Source: Octopus vulgaris (taxonomy: Eukaryota). From it: a stretch of 64,000 bases of DNA. Positions within the stretch are counted from its first letter, which is position 1. The number at the start of each line of letters is the position of its first letter. The stretch covers positions 79,670,001 through 79,734,000 of the forward strand of contig OX597818.1 of assembly GCA_951406725.2 (NCBI GenBank), in the 5' to 3' direction. The position numbers were made by a program, and so were the translations under genes. The notes beneath the pieces are model-generated. The model ran no database searches and was not told the DNA's origin. It saw only the letters and a list, made by a program, of their open reading frames with translations. Positions 26,546-39,197 of this stretch are shown one piece after another.

Positions 26546-26566
26546 TGTGTGTGTGTGTATGTGTGT

Positions 26567-26605
<39 letters not shown>

Positions 26606-26663
26606 CGTCCGTGAGTGTGTGTATCTGTCTGTCTGTATATATATCTGTATATATATTTCTTCC

Positions 26664-26979
26664 AGTGAAGGCGGATGGCTCAGTGATGAGAACGTCGAGC
26701 TTATGATCATGAGGTTGTGAGTTCGAATCTCGGACCGGGCTGCGTGTTGTGTTCTTGAGCAAGACACTTTATTTCACGTTGCTCCAGTTCACTCAGCCGC
26801 AGAAATGAGTTGCGACGCCACAGGTGCCAAGCTGTATCGGCCATTGATTTTCCCTTGGATAACACTGGCGGCCTGGAGAGGGGAGGTTGGTATTCATGGG
26901 CGACTGCTGGTCTTCCATAAATAACCTTTCCCGGACTTGTGCAATCCCATGGTCAGTCATGACCGAAGGAGGTCTCAGC
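26664..26979 (+). mobile_element. SINE family B, 11-bp TSD
   Basis: Homologous to 10979-11301; TSD ATATTTCTTCC. Confidence 0.88.
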
Positions 26980-27418
26980 ATATTTCTTCCGGTTTATCTT
27001 CTCAGCACAAAGAATCTTTTAAATTTATTGCACAAAACTGTTCAGCTAATTTGTAAGTTTGCCTAATTAGTCACTTTTTTCTGTATTTAGGGTAGTATAT
27101 TAGCCAAATTCTACTTAAATAACCATAGTGCTATTTGTAAACTATAATAAAATAAGTTTTAATATTAAAATATAAATATTAGCTGCAATATTTTAAGTAA
27201 AATGTTTCTTATTCTTTACTTTACTAAAAGTAATAGCTTGTCCTATACTTTTCAGGTGTAATAACTTGTCCTGCACTTTTCCAGGTTTATAATCTTAAGA
27301 ATATTGCTTTTTAAGCTCGCATTTTTTCATGTAATCCATGATTTTTCCAGGCATTGCTGTTATAAGATAATTAATAATGTGTCAATAATTTAAGATCTTA
27401 ACTTATAAAATACTGAAA

Positions 27419-27505
27419 GATAATATTTCAATTTTTCCATGTAAGTGATGATAATATTTCAATTTTTCCATGTAAGTGATGATAACATTGCAATTTTTTT
27501 CATGT
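27419..27505. repeat. 31-bp tandem duplication (about 2.7 units)
   Basis: GATAATATTTCAATTTTTCCATGTAAGTGAT repeated. Confidence 0.8.
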
Positions 27506-28360
27506 TTAATTTAAATATATGTTGTGATTGAATTATTTGATATTATCCATCCACACCAAATGAATGGCAGGCATTTTTACCATGTTGTTGGTTGCACCAT
27601 GGCTTACCAAAAGTTACAAACAACAAGACCCCAAAACCATCAGTTACCAGACTCACCTTAAGTAACCTAATTTTGCAATATTAGGTTACAGGAATTCATT
27701 CAACGAAAAAAAAAATTCCAATGATTCCGGGAGACGGGGGCGGAATCACCACCTCATTTTATCCGAACCAAAATAAGGGATTCGCAGCATATTAGGAGGT
27801 CAGGGTACTTGATTCCACGCAAATTTTTTTTCTTAGTGAAAATCGTGCAGGTGTTAATATAGAAATTTACCATAATGTTGTTATTTAGCCTCAAATCAAC
27901 CCTGATACTGCAAACATATCGTCAAAGACATTCCAGACATCAGCAAACCGTCTTTTTAGGGATAATTTAGGACATTACATACAATGGGCGTGTGATTTAG
28001 GTAGGAAGATACTTTGGCTGTTATTTTTAGCACGTCGAGCGAGTAGGTAGAGGCTCTTTCATTGGTTCGATTGCGTGATGAGATTGTTTTACATATATAT
28101 GTAATATGTATATATATCATCGGCAAAAGTTAGAGAATATGTGAAAAGCTGAGAGTTTCGTGTATTGGCACTTATCAAGCATGAATTTGTCCATTGTCAC
28201 TCTGTAACTTCTGACGAAATAACTTCTAGAATACAAAATTTTGTCAAAAGCGTTGAGAGTAACCTCTGTTCTATGTGACACATTCTACCAGTATCGGAAG
28301 TTTGAAAGTGTTTAGTTTAAAAAAATTAATTAATTAATATGTACGTCAAATTGAATAGAT

Positions 28361-28493
28361 CTGCTGAGTTAACTGGAGCAACGTAAAATAAAGTGTCTTG
28401 CTCAAGAACACAACACGCAGCCCGGTCCGGGAATCGAAGAAACAGCCTCACGATCGTAAGCTCGACGCTCTAACCACTGAGCCATGCGCCTTC
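28361..28493 (-). mobile_element. SINE family B, 5' part
   Basis: Reverse complement of GAAGGCGCATGGCTCAGTGGTTAGAGCGTCGAGC...GAGCAAGACACTT. Confidence 0.85.
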
Positions 28494-28513
28494 ACACACA
28501 CACACACGCACAT

Positions 28514-28550
<37 letters not shown>

Positions 28551-28612
28551 TATGTATATATATATATATATATACATACATACATACATACATACATACA
28601 TACATACATACA

Positions 28613-28648
<36 letters not shown>

Positions 28649-29022
28649 CACTACATTGACACAGTTAAAGATGGGCAGAATTAATAAATGTATAAACAGC
28701 AAATAATACAGAAAAATCACTCTGATTCTTATGTAATCTATCCAGGAACTGACTAATTGGAACAGATATAGAGGAAATGGCAATGAACAGGACACAGAAG
28801 TCCAATAAAGTTTTATATTTTTAAATCTTAACAAACTATACAGTATTATTAAGGAATATAAGAAAGTATTTATAAATTTTTCGATCGTATAATTACACTT
28901 CTACGATGTAATCGTTTCAATATTTCAAAAGACAATCTCAAATGATGTGACTTGACAACAGGTATATATCATTGAAACACTCATACACACATGCACAACA
29001 TACACCCATGTTTACACACACA

Positions 29023-29115
<93 letters not shown>

Positions 29116-29374
29116 ATAGATATATATATATACACACACATAACTACCATTGTACATGCATACAAAGATGCATACATATCCATACAGGAAATGCGGGTTC
29201 GTGTCCCACATGTCCCGTCTGTCGACTTGTTTGGTCTAGGAGAGTTTTTAACCCAATATTTACATATTTATAGCTTTATGCACTTCACGATCCTTTGCTA
29301 AAAAAAGAATTATTTTACATTTAGTCAAAATTTTAGAAATTTTTATGATGTCAGCAATATATATATATTTTTTT

Positions 29375-29546
29375 TTTTCTTTACTACCCACAAGGGGCTA
29401 AACACAGAGAGGACAGACAAACGGGTTAAGTCGATTACATCGACCCTAGTGCATAACTGGTACTTAATTTATCGACCCCGAAAGGATGAAAGGCAAAGTC
29501 GACCTCGGCGGGATTTGAACTCAGAACGTAACGGCAGACGAAATAC
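29375..29546 (-). mobile_element. SINE family D with Tx1-like tail, 5'-truncated
   Basis: CGACCCCGAAAGGATGAAAGGCAAAGTCGACC; tail GCCCCTTGTGGGTAGTAAAGAAA. Confidence 0.85.
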
Positions 29547-29570
29547 TTCTAAGTGGTAGTGGTGGTAGTG

Positions 29571-29706
<136 letters not shown>

Positions 29707-31102
29707 GACACCTATGTATCATGATCGACGTAAAATTGAAAAGTAGGTTACAGCAGTAATTGTCGAAAGATTACATTTCTTATAGACATGCTGAGTTGTT
29801 ATGTTTAAAATCCATAATATATTGCAGTGAGAGACGAAATCCGTACGACCCAGCAGCGAGTAAAGAGAACTCGAGATGCATTTTGACCTAGTCAGGCCTC
29901 ATCAATAGTGTGTACTCACAGCCAGCCACACTCCTAGACGAGATTAGTTGCCTCCGATATATAAGAAATACAAAATAAAACATTCACAGGTATCGCGAAT
30001 ACACAACTAGGTTTCATAATAACACTGTGTACACGATTTTTATTTTTGAGTGGCAATTGTTATTTCCTACTTCCTATTTGCTTGCCCCGAGAAAGTAGGT
30101 AAAATGACTAATATTTCCTTCGAACTTTACTTTTATCAAATCTATTTTAACCCCAAAGTATTTCTCTCAACACATAGCTATGATGCTTCCACACTTCTCC
30201 TGCTCCTAATCTGAGATGCACATATTGTCAGGCTGTAAGGGACATGCTCAACTGCTTAAGGCCAAGCAACTGACAAGAAAATCCGTGGTATTGGGCAGAA
30301 TATTTGCTACAATGATATTTCTTCTCCAGCAACTCAGCGCTGAATCTGTCTGAAATGTAATGGAAAATTGGTCAGTTTCAAAACAGTGATGTCCAGATAA
30401 CAAAAGGAATGTTTAAAGGGAATAGTAGTCTTTATTTTTATTTCTAGACAGAAACAAATATGAAATAACAGTTACTCACCAAAGACAAAAAGAAATTTCG
30501 TTACACGGTGTAATCAGTTATATATAACAAGCACTATTAGATAAAAGTAACCATACAAAAATAGTACGTCCACTAAAGATGTTATCTCTGGACGGATACT
30601 GCAATAACATGCTTTTCAAAGATGTATTTACATTCAGCATGATACATCGATGGCTATTTTGTTGTCTGTAGTCATTTCACTTGCGTTACGGTGTTTCAGA
30701 TATTGGGAATAAACGCATGAAGTTAGAAATTACACTTCTGGTCTCGTAATCATCTAAGGGTTCCGTACTTCTTTTAGAAAGATAAACTCCGAAAACTATT
30801 CATCCATATATATAATGGAAACAAAACATACACAAGCACGCACACATAAATGCATATACACACATACATTCACAGACACACAGACACACCGACACACGCA
30901 CATACAGACGGTTACCAACACGCGATAAAAGTCTAGTACATATTTATCGATGGTACTGAGGACAATATTAAAAGTAGGGTAAGAATATACTAATGTCAAT
31001 GGGAATCACATATCTGTGTATATAGGTTATACACACATATTTGCGTGCGAACATACATACTGACACACAAACACACACACATACACATATAGATATATAT
31101 GA

Positions 31103-31156
<54 letters not shown>

Positions 31157-31402
31157 ATGCAAATTTATGTGTGTGTGTATATGTGTATATGCATACATTA
31201 TATGTACTTATGTATTTACATGTGTACAAATAGAAATATATATGCTTATATGTATATATGTATATATCTACACATGTATATATATATACATACATACACA
31301 CACATACACACACACACACATATATATATCTATATATATCTATATCTACATATATGATTATATATATACGTGCACATACACACGCACACATACACGCACA
31401 CG

Positions 31403-31471
<69 letters not shown>

Positions 31472-32486
31472 CTTCTCTCACTGTCTTAAACAGTCGTTGT
31501 CTTTGTTACTACAGTACATGTTAAGGATTTCTTATTAGCATTACTAGTCTAGGTGAAACAGTGATTACTAAAACACTTGCTATAACAACAGACATGGGTT
31601 ATTCAGTGGAAGGTTTCTCATTAGGGTGTAACACTATTTCTAATGGATTATACACAGAAGATAAATGTCGTTTGGTAAGAAAGCAGAGACAAGTACAGCA
31701 GCCATATTTGTATTTTTTATCGCCGCCTGTCTCATAGAAATATGGCGGTATTGCATAGAACAATGCGTTAGAACAATGGAAAACGCAATTGTCTGGAATA
31801 GTGATTTCCGTTACGGATTAGGATATCCTGGGCTTAAACGATATCACAATAAATATAGCCACGGTTGTTAGATGCATAGAAATCCATATGACTAAATGAA
31901 TGCGTATAACATTGGACATATATTTTTGAGCTTTAATATATACGTAGATGCATACATAGATGCATATGTGTGTGTGGAGGGGTGTATGTATATTTTCATA
32001 TATATGTGTGTGTGTATGTACATATATATGTATATAGATAGATGACGTAATATAAGCTATATACATGTTCATGTACATAAGTTACATAATATGCAGTCTT
32101 CTATTATCCGTGCATGTGTGATTTGCAAGATTTGTATGTTGTTATGTTGTATTGTTGAAGTTGCTGTGCTATTGTGGTTGTTAACTCCAGCTCTCCTGAT
32201 CCAGCAAACTTTTCTAATCAAAATATTGCTAACGTAGTCATTTTGTTTCTCTTCAATTTTCTGACAGTCTTTTTTAATATAAGTATTGTCTCCCCTTTTT
32301 CGAGCACCTTCTGAAATTTAGTTTTTCCCGATTAGAGCATCACTGGTAATGGGGAGTGTTGTTATAGTTGTTGCCATCGTTATTTCTTTTCTGTTTATGT
32401 CGATGCTGTTGATATCATCGCAATGATTGCCATCATCGAGCAATCTACTGTCATCGTTGCTATTAAATGATATAGTTATTATACAT

Positions 32487-32804
32487 GAAAGCGCGTGGCT
32501 CAGTGGTTAGGGCATTCGGCTCACAATTGTAAAGTCGTGAGTTCAATTACCGGCGTTGTGTCCTTGAGCAAGACACTTTATTTCACATTGTTCCAGTCCA
32601 CTCAACTGGCAAAAATGAGTTGTACCTGTATTTCAAAGAGCCGGCCTTGTCACACTCTGTGTCACACTGAATCTCCCTGAGAACTACGTTAGGGGTACAC
32701 GTGTTTGTGGATTGCTCAGTCACTTGCACGTTAATTTCACGAACAAGATGTTCCGTTGATCGTACCAGCTGGGACCCTCGTCGTCGTAACCGACAGAGTG
32801 CTCC
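32487..32804 (+). mobile_element. Chimeric SINE: family B-like head/CORE plus tail type 2
   Basis: GCGCGTGGCTCAGTGGTTAGGG...GTCCTTGAGCAAGACACTT, then the tail shared with 10483-10650 (GAGAACTACGTTA...CTCGTCGTCGTAACCGAC). Confidence 0.85.
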
Positions 32805-32829
32805 TTGTATTATACATGATCATTATTGA

Positions 32830-34272
32830 GACTTTACCTCAGCTATTCTCCCAGATAAAGCTGAATGATCTATTTCGTGACTTGAACCTCTCAAAAACTT
32901 CTGCAGAACTGTTGGCTTCCCGACTGAAAGAGAAGATTCTTCTAGAGAATGGTGTCCGTATAACCTCTTATCGGAATCGGCATGAAGAGTTCCTTTTATT
33001 CTTCACAAAAGAAGAAGAGCTGGTTTACTGCAGAGATGGGCTTCTTAATAAGCTTGGCATTGAGGAATACAAACAAGAGGAATGGCGTCTTTTCATAAAC
33101 AGCTCTAAACGCAGTATAAAGTATGTATTGTTGCAAAACAGAAATGTGTATGGCGTTGTCCCACTCGGCCACTCAACAACTCTGAAGGAAAAATATGAAG
33201 AAATTAGGTTGGTTTTAGAGAAAATACTGTATAAATACAGTATAAATAGGTCAGCTGCGTTGATTTAAAGATGGTGAATTCTCTCATGAGACAACAATCT
33301 GATTATACCAAATACCCATGCTTTCTTTGCATGTGGGACAGTAGAGACCGAGTAAACCACTATGTTAAAAAAGACTGGCTGCCTCGAAAAAATATGGCTC
33401 CATGTAGAACTGCCAATATATTGGAAGAATCTTTAGTTGGGCGAGATAAGATAATTTCCGCACCCCTACCCATATGCACATCAAACTCGGATTGATCAAG
33501 CAATTCGTCAAAGCTCTTGACAAAAATGGGGAGTTCTTCTAGTATATCTGGAATACATTTCCAGACTTGACGATCGAAAAACTTAATGCAGGGATTTTGA
33601 TGGACCACAGATCCATAAGCTCTCGAAGGACACAAATTTCGTGAAAATGAGCGAAAATGAAGCAACAGCTTGCCTAGCCTTCGCAAAAGCAGTACAAAAT
33701 TTCCTTGGGAAACACAAAAGTGAAAACTATAAAAACCTTATTACCAACTTGATATCAACTTTTCGTGATATTAGCGCGAATAGGAGCATCAAAATGCATT
33801 ATCTTTTTAGGTCATCTTGATCGTTTTCCTGAAAATCTCAGAGATATTAGCAATCAACAAGGCGAACGATTCCATCAGGTCATCAAGGAGATGGAAACTC
33901 GGTACCAAGGACGTTGGGACGCTGACGATGGCTGACTATTCCTAGTCTTTAAAACGAGATACTTCTGTTGCTCAACATTCACTGTGCACAAAAAGCACAA
34001 ATATATTCCTTGAATTTTCTGCCAAATATCTTTGCCAATGTACATTTTCAATTTTGAAATTTATTTGTACTTTAATTTGTTTTACGCTCTCTTTATTGAT
34101 TTATATTATACGCCTCTTGTATGAATAAAATACTTACTTTATCATAGTATAGTCAGAAAACTAGACTTGATACAAAAAAAGCTGAAGTTATTTTTTAATT
34201 TAGCAAGCAAAATCATTTAAGAATTCGTTGAAATATTCCAGGCACCAGACAATTTTTTTTTTTTGCCCAGTG
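32830..34272 (+). mobile_element. Chapaev3-like (CMC superfamily) DNA transposon fossil; 5'-truncated, frameshifted transposase pseudogene
   Basis: PQLFSQ..LNDL.RDLNLSK..AELLASRLKEK, EWRLFINSSKRS, YTKYPCFLCMWDSR, HIKLGLIKQFVKAL, HLDRFPENL, QGERFHQ..KEMETRYQGRW; right end ...GCCCAGTG (reverse complement CACTGGGC). Family assigned from recalled motifs. Confidence 0.8.
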
Positions 34273-34698
34273 ATATATAACAATAATATTCATCTTTTTA
34301 TACATAACAATAAAAGGAGTAAGTCCCTTGGACATTACTATCTCGTACATAGGGCCGGTTACCCATTTCCACTGCCGTATAAGTGGCTGAAATTACGACA
34401 CTCCCCATGAAAGAAACGCTAGATCGTTGAGGGGGATACCTTATTCACAACTAAGTGGAGAGGAGCAATGTGAAATGATGTTTTGCTCCCGATATCACAA
34501 CGCACCGCCCAGTCCGGGAATTGAAACCATGATCTTGCCAGCAACACTTTCACTCAGTGTTTCTTGACTATTTTTTTTTTACCTATGGAGCCTTTGCTTC
34601 CTACATTATTTGTTTATTTGGATGAACCCAAGTAGCTATTTGAGGCTTTTAAAAATCCTGTTATACTTTTATAATTAAATATTGTCAATAATTGTGTG

Positions 34699-34960
34699 TG
34701 GAAGCGCAATGGCCCAGTGGTTAGGGCAGTGGACTCGCGATTTCGATTCCCAGACCGAGCGTTGAGCGAAAACACGTCAAGCTCCACGAGGCTGCGGCAG
34801 AGGGTGGTGGCAACCGCTGTTGTACTCTTTCACCACAACTTTCTCTCACTCTCTCTTCCTGTTTCTTGAGTAACGCTGCGATGGACTGGGTCCCGTTCAG
34901 CTGGAGGGAACACGGGAAACCGGGTCCCTGGGACTGGCTAGGCTTGAAAAGGGCGACGTT
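34699..34960 (+). mobile_element. SINE family C head with V-domain-like tail
   Basis: GGAAGCGCAATGGCCCAGTGGTTAGGGCAG...GCTGCGATGGACTGG..TCCCGT; imperfect TSD TTGTCA..AATTGT. Confidence 0.8.
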
Positions 34961-35608
34961 TATCGTTTTTGTCAGGAATTGTTTAAGAAAAATTGTTCAA
35001 ATATCTTTTGTATTGTAGAAGTATGAACCAATGTATTGCAGATAGATTTTAACAAAACCTTATCTGATGCCCCATATGGACCCCGGTCGAGAACCACTAC
35101 CATAACAAATGGGCTACGTGCTGCTATTGCTCGCAGTATTAGTACTATGACATTCGACGTTTCTTAAAGGGGCTTTTGTTTCTCACTCTCTCTCTCTCTC
35201 TTCTGTTTTGTCTTTTCTTTTTTATTTTCTTCAAATTTTATAGTTTCCCATTCAAATAGAATTTATTTTTATTGTTTTTTCGCGACGACGAGGGCGTTAT
35301 GTTTACATTCCTCTATATACGCAAGTCTGCCACCAACGTTGTGAATGCCTTCTCCAACTATCACCACCGAAGATACTATGCTTAAAGAAAAAAAAATGTT
35401 TAAATGTCTTCTGCCGCACAAGAAATTTTTAAATTAAAAAAAAAACATACCCAATAAATAAATAAATAAATAAATTTGAACTAAACAGTGGGAAAAAAAG
35501 AAATACAAATTCCCGCCTAAAATTGTTTACAATAAAAATAATGACAGAAAACACTGATTCGAATCAAGTACAATTATAAATACAAGAACAGAAAAAAAAC
35601 TTTACTGC

Positions 35609-35670
<62 letters not shown>

Positions 35671-35708
35671 GCATTAATAATAGTAATAATAATAATGATA
35701 ATGAAGGT

Positions 35709-36158
35709 GATTTCTTTTATTTGCCACAGGGGCATAGATTAGGTGTGAATTACAAGGACAGTTTACAATTTGTGTGGAAGTTTGCATAAAAGATGAGGAG
35801 ATGGAAAGAAAATGATGTTGAAACGAGTTAAAAGTACACATAGTATGCAAAGTATGTGAACACATAGATAATCTAGTCCTCCTGATAAGGAGAACTTCTA
35901 ACTAGTGTCGACCGAGGAACCTTATAGATCCAGAATTACCTTGATCCCCAAAAGCATGGACCCTCGTCCAACTATTGCCCTTTAATCTACTGGTGTGTGC
36001 TTTAAGTAGGTCTGTCCATCTTAACAAATTTTGCCAGTCACCCTCCTTTTTACAAATTCTCTAGGAGGAACCACTTCTCTTTCCACCCTCACTTTATTTT
36101 TCATGTGGAACTTTAAAAGTTCAATGAGGGCTTGACCGAAGAGAAATGTGTCTTTCCT
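35709..36158 (-). mobile_element. Tx1/L1-type LINE 3' end (ORF2 C-terminus and 3' UTR)
   Basis: Minus strand KDTFLFGQALIELLKFHMKNKVRVEREVVPPREFVKRRV; UTR ends GCCCCTGTGGCAAATAAAAGAAATC next to (AAT)n. Clade call is tentative. Confidence 0.55.
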
Positions 36159-36169
36159 CAATAATAATA

Positions 36170-36370
36170 GTTCTTTCTATTACAGGCTCAAGGCCTGAAA
36201 TTTGGCGGAAGTGGATTTGTCGATTAGATCGACTCCAGTACTCAACTAGTGCTTATTTTATCGACCCCAATAGGATAGAAAGCAAAGTCAACCTCGACGG
36301 AATCTGAACTCAGAACATAAGACCCAGGTAGAAATACCGCTAAACATTCCTTCAGGCGCTGTAACAATTC
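36170..36370 (-). mobile_element. SINE family D, degenerate
   Basis: AAGGCCTGAAATTT...TCGACCCCAATAGGATAGAAAGCAAAGTCAACC...GAAATACCGCTAA. Confidence 0.75.
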
Positions 36371-37099
36371 TAACAATAATAGTATTTAAAAACACAGGGA
36401 GGCATATACAGAACCTAAAACTCAGATACATGAATATGCATAACATACAGAATATAGCACCACTTGTCACATCATAGATATTATGTTGTGTATTTTCAAT
36501 AAAACCGAAAATACAAAACCTAAACACAACACTGTATATGCCTATGGTACAGATAACAGTACTCGGTGGTGCAGTGAAATCCTGCAGTAAAATAAGACTT
36601 ACTGAAAGAGTAATAATGATAATGTTACCCATTAGGAGACGTTAAAAAATGAGAGTAAAATAATTGTAAACATACTTGGTTGACGACTTCTATAAGACAA
36701 ATTCGTTGAAAACACTACTAACTTACACAAATCAGGAGATAACCAGAATGGAGTACTTCCCCATGCCTAGGGCGGTATCCAATATACATAGATATCCCAG
36801 ATATCATTCAGAGAAAGGCTGCTCGATTGGTTGGCATGAAATAACTTATATATATATATATATATATAACTTATATATATATATATATATATATAACTTC
36901 TCTCACTGTCTTAAACAGTCGTTGTCTTTGTTACTACAGTACATGTTAAGGATTTCTTATTAGCATTACTAGTCTAGGTGAAACAGTGATTACGCAATAG
37001 GTAGTCTCATACTACGACTACAACGGTAGTCTTGATAGACGTCTATCACACATGTAGCATCCACTACTTCCATGGTTATAAATTAACCATTGTTCGCAT

Positions 37100-38031
37100 T
37101 ACTTCCACCCCAGAACGTTGGTGTCTTTGGAATTCCTCACACCGCCTTGCACTCCGCGCCTGCAGTCATCGACTCGCTGTAATGTAAGGGGAGAACAAAC
37201 AGAACTTCAAGGGTTGTGGTATATGGAGCTACCCTCACACCATCCGATGGCATTACACAACCCGAACACGGCAGCTAGTGATTTCAAAAGAAGGAATACA
37301 CAGTTTGTGCATTCCTTTAGGTGCAGGGACAGAGAAAACTCCATCTTCCTACCCTGATTTATCTGAAGATTTTGCAAGCATCTGAACGACTTCCCCGACA
37401 TCGAGTGAAAGACTTTTGATATGGTCCCTTCCGTACTCACCTGAGACTTTCAGGCGCCAATTCTGCCTTTGCGAGAAGCTACATACGCTGCACTAGCCTG
37501 CTGCATCCATCAACAAGGTAGAATGAACTATTTTATTCGTACCACCAGAGATACGCCTGGTTAATGAAGTTCAAGCCACTGGCAGCCGACAATCTAGATA
37601 TACCACTTTATGCCTGGCTACTCCACACACAAGGGCATGGTAATAAACCCCTGATGCCTGTATTCACTACAGCCCTATCCATGATGACAATCCAACCTTG
37701 CAGCATATTTTGTTCCAGTACCATCACATTTTACTCCACTACGATAAAACCTGGCGGCTCCCACGGTAAGGTCGTCGCCACTAAAGTGTTAATTCTCAGC
37801 TATCCCAAAACACCCGAAATACACTATACTACAGCTTCCAGATATAGCGGCGTCAGCTACCTACCAACATCCTGTCCTGCTACAGAACAAAGCAAAAATT
37901 TATGTCGATTCTAGATTAAGAACACCACGTGACCTGACTGGCCAATGACAGTTAGAAGCTATCTTGAATTTGTCTCATATCTTGTTACTCTCTTTAGATG
38001 CCTGACGATGTGAAGTCGTGCGTTGAAACAG
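37100..38031 (+). mobile_element. Penelope-like retroelement remnant: GIY-YIG endonuclease pseudogene plus truncated terminal hammerhead-like motif
   Basis: TAASDFKRRNTQFVHSFRCRDRENS..FI*RFCKHLNDFPDIE*K...PYSPETFRRQFCLCEKLH...INK..NELFYS; ends CTGACGA-TG...GAAACAG. Confidence 0.7.
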
Positions 38032-38406
38032 ATATTGTTATATTTCGGAATGGTCATATTGCCAGTTTAGCCAATAAAAACACACGCACTATATATTTGG
38101 TGTTATTTTGCTTCAGTGTTATTTATTTTTTACATTAATCTTAATCTTATTTCGGCCAGAGTTCTTTCGTCACACTCCCGTGACCGCATCAGTGGTCCTT
38201 TATTTTCTTCTTTCTTATTTGTGTCTCTCCTTACTAACCGTCAGCCATTTTGTATCGGTCACAGGAGTGTGACGAAAGAACTCTGGCCAAAATAAGATTA
38301 AGATTAATGTAAAAAATAAATAACACTGAAGCAAAATAACACCAAATATATAGTGCGTGTGTTTTTATTGGCTAAACTGGCAATATGACCATTCCGAAAT
38401 ATAACA

Positions 38407-38410
<4 letters not shown>
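38032..38410. repeat. Near-perfect long inverted repeat (155-bp arms, 69-bp spacer)
   Basis: Arm 38032-38186 is the reverse complement of 38256-38410 with 2 mismatches. Confidence 0.95.
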
Positions 38411-38440
<30 letters not shown>

Positions 38441-38471
38441 GCATGTATTTATATGTATATATATATGTATG

Positions 38472-38515
<44 letters not shown>

Positions 38516-39012
38516 TAACCTATGATCAAATGCATGTCATTAAGTAGGATACATAGATTGCTATTTTCATTTAATGCTGCTTCAATTCCGTGCAATGGAT
38601 TTTTATTCAGCCTGACAGTTACAATTTATATCGGTGATTATGTTATTCACTCTTTCGTATATATTAGAAGCGTCAGATTTTGTTTAGGCATGTGGCTGCT
38701 AGTACACATCGTTAACCTTTTCGAACAAAATGATATTTCATGGTTATTCTAGTAATAATGTTAAATATTTACCCAAAATAAAAGTGGTATTTTCTACAAA
38801 TCACGTTGCTTCAAAACAACTTGACATATCTCAACATAAAGGATTTTTCGAACATGAAACTCCTCAACAAACTGCTTTCCAAAGTTAATGGTAATGAAAT
38901 TTTGAATGAATATATCTGAGTTTTCAATAAACGGGTTATAGAGGGCCAAGAAGTCTGAACTGCTTCCGTCTTCCTCTTTAGTCGCTCCTGGGCTGATCAT
39001 TTGTCACCATGC

Positions 39013-39082
<70 letters not shown>

Positions 39083-39146
39083 TGTTTTACGTAATGAGAT
39101 AAAAAAAACAAGGCTATATAGATATTAGAGCATTTATAGATAGAAG

Positions 39147-39197
39147 GTCTTACAGCTGTTCTAGGATCTTAATTAATAATATCCCTTCATCGGAGAC
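39147..39197 (-). ncRNA. Minimal hammerhead-like motif (CCGAUGA core, palindromic ACAGCTGT stem III)
   Basis: GTCT-CCGATGA-AGGGAT..ATCCTA-GAAC-AGCT-GTA-AGAC; one A of GAAA is missing; paralog of 1259-1306. Confidence 0.58.

Noticed and set aside
27419-27505. 31-bp repeats as a CRISPR-like array
   Set aside because: Head-to-tail with no spacers, eukaryotic context and no cas genes
30470-30645. Minus-strand exon candidate ending in TG|GTGAGT
   Set aside because: All three frames have stops shortly before the donor; no other support
38794-39000. 68-aa non-repetitive ORF
   Set aside because: No recognisable motif or splice context; length within chance expectation
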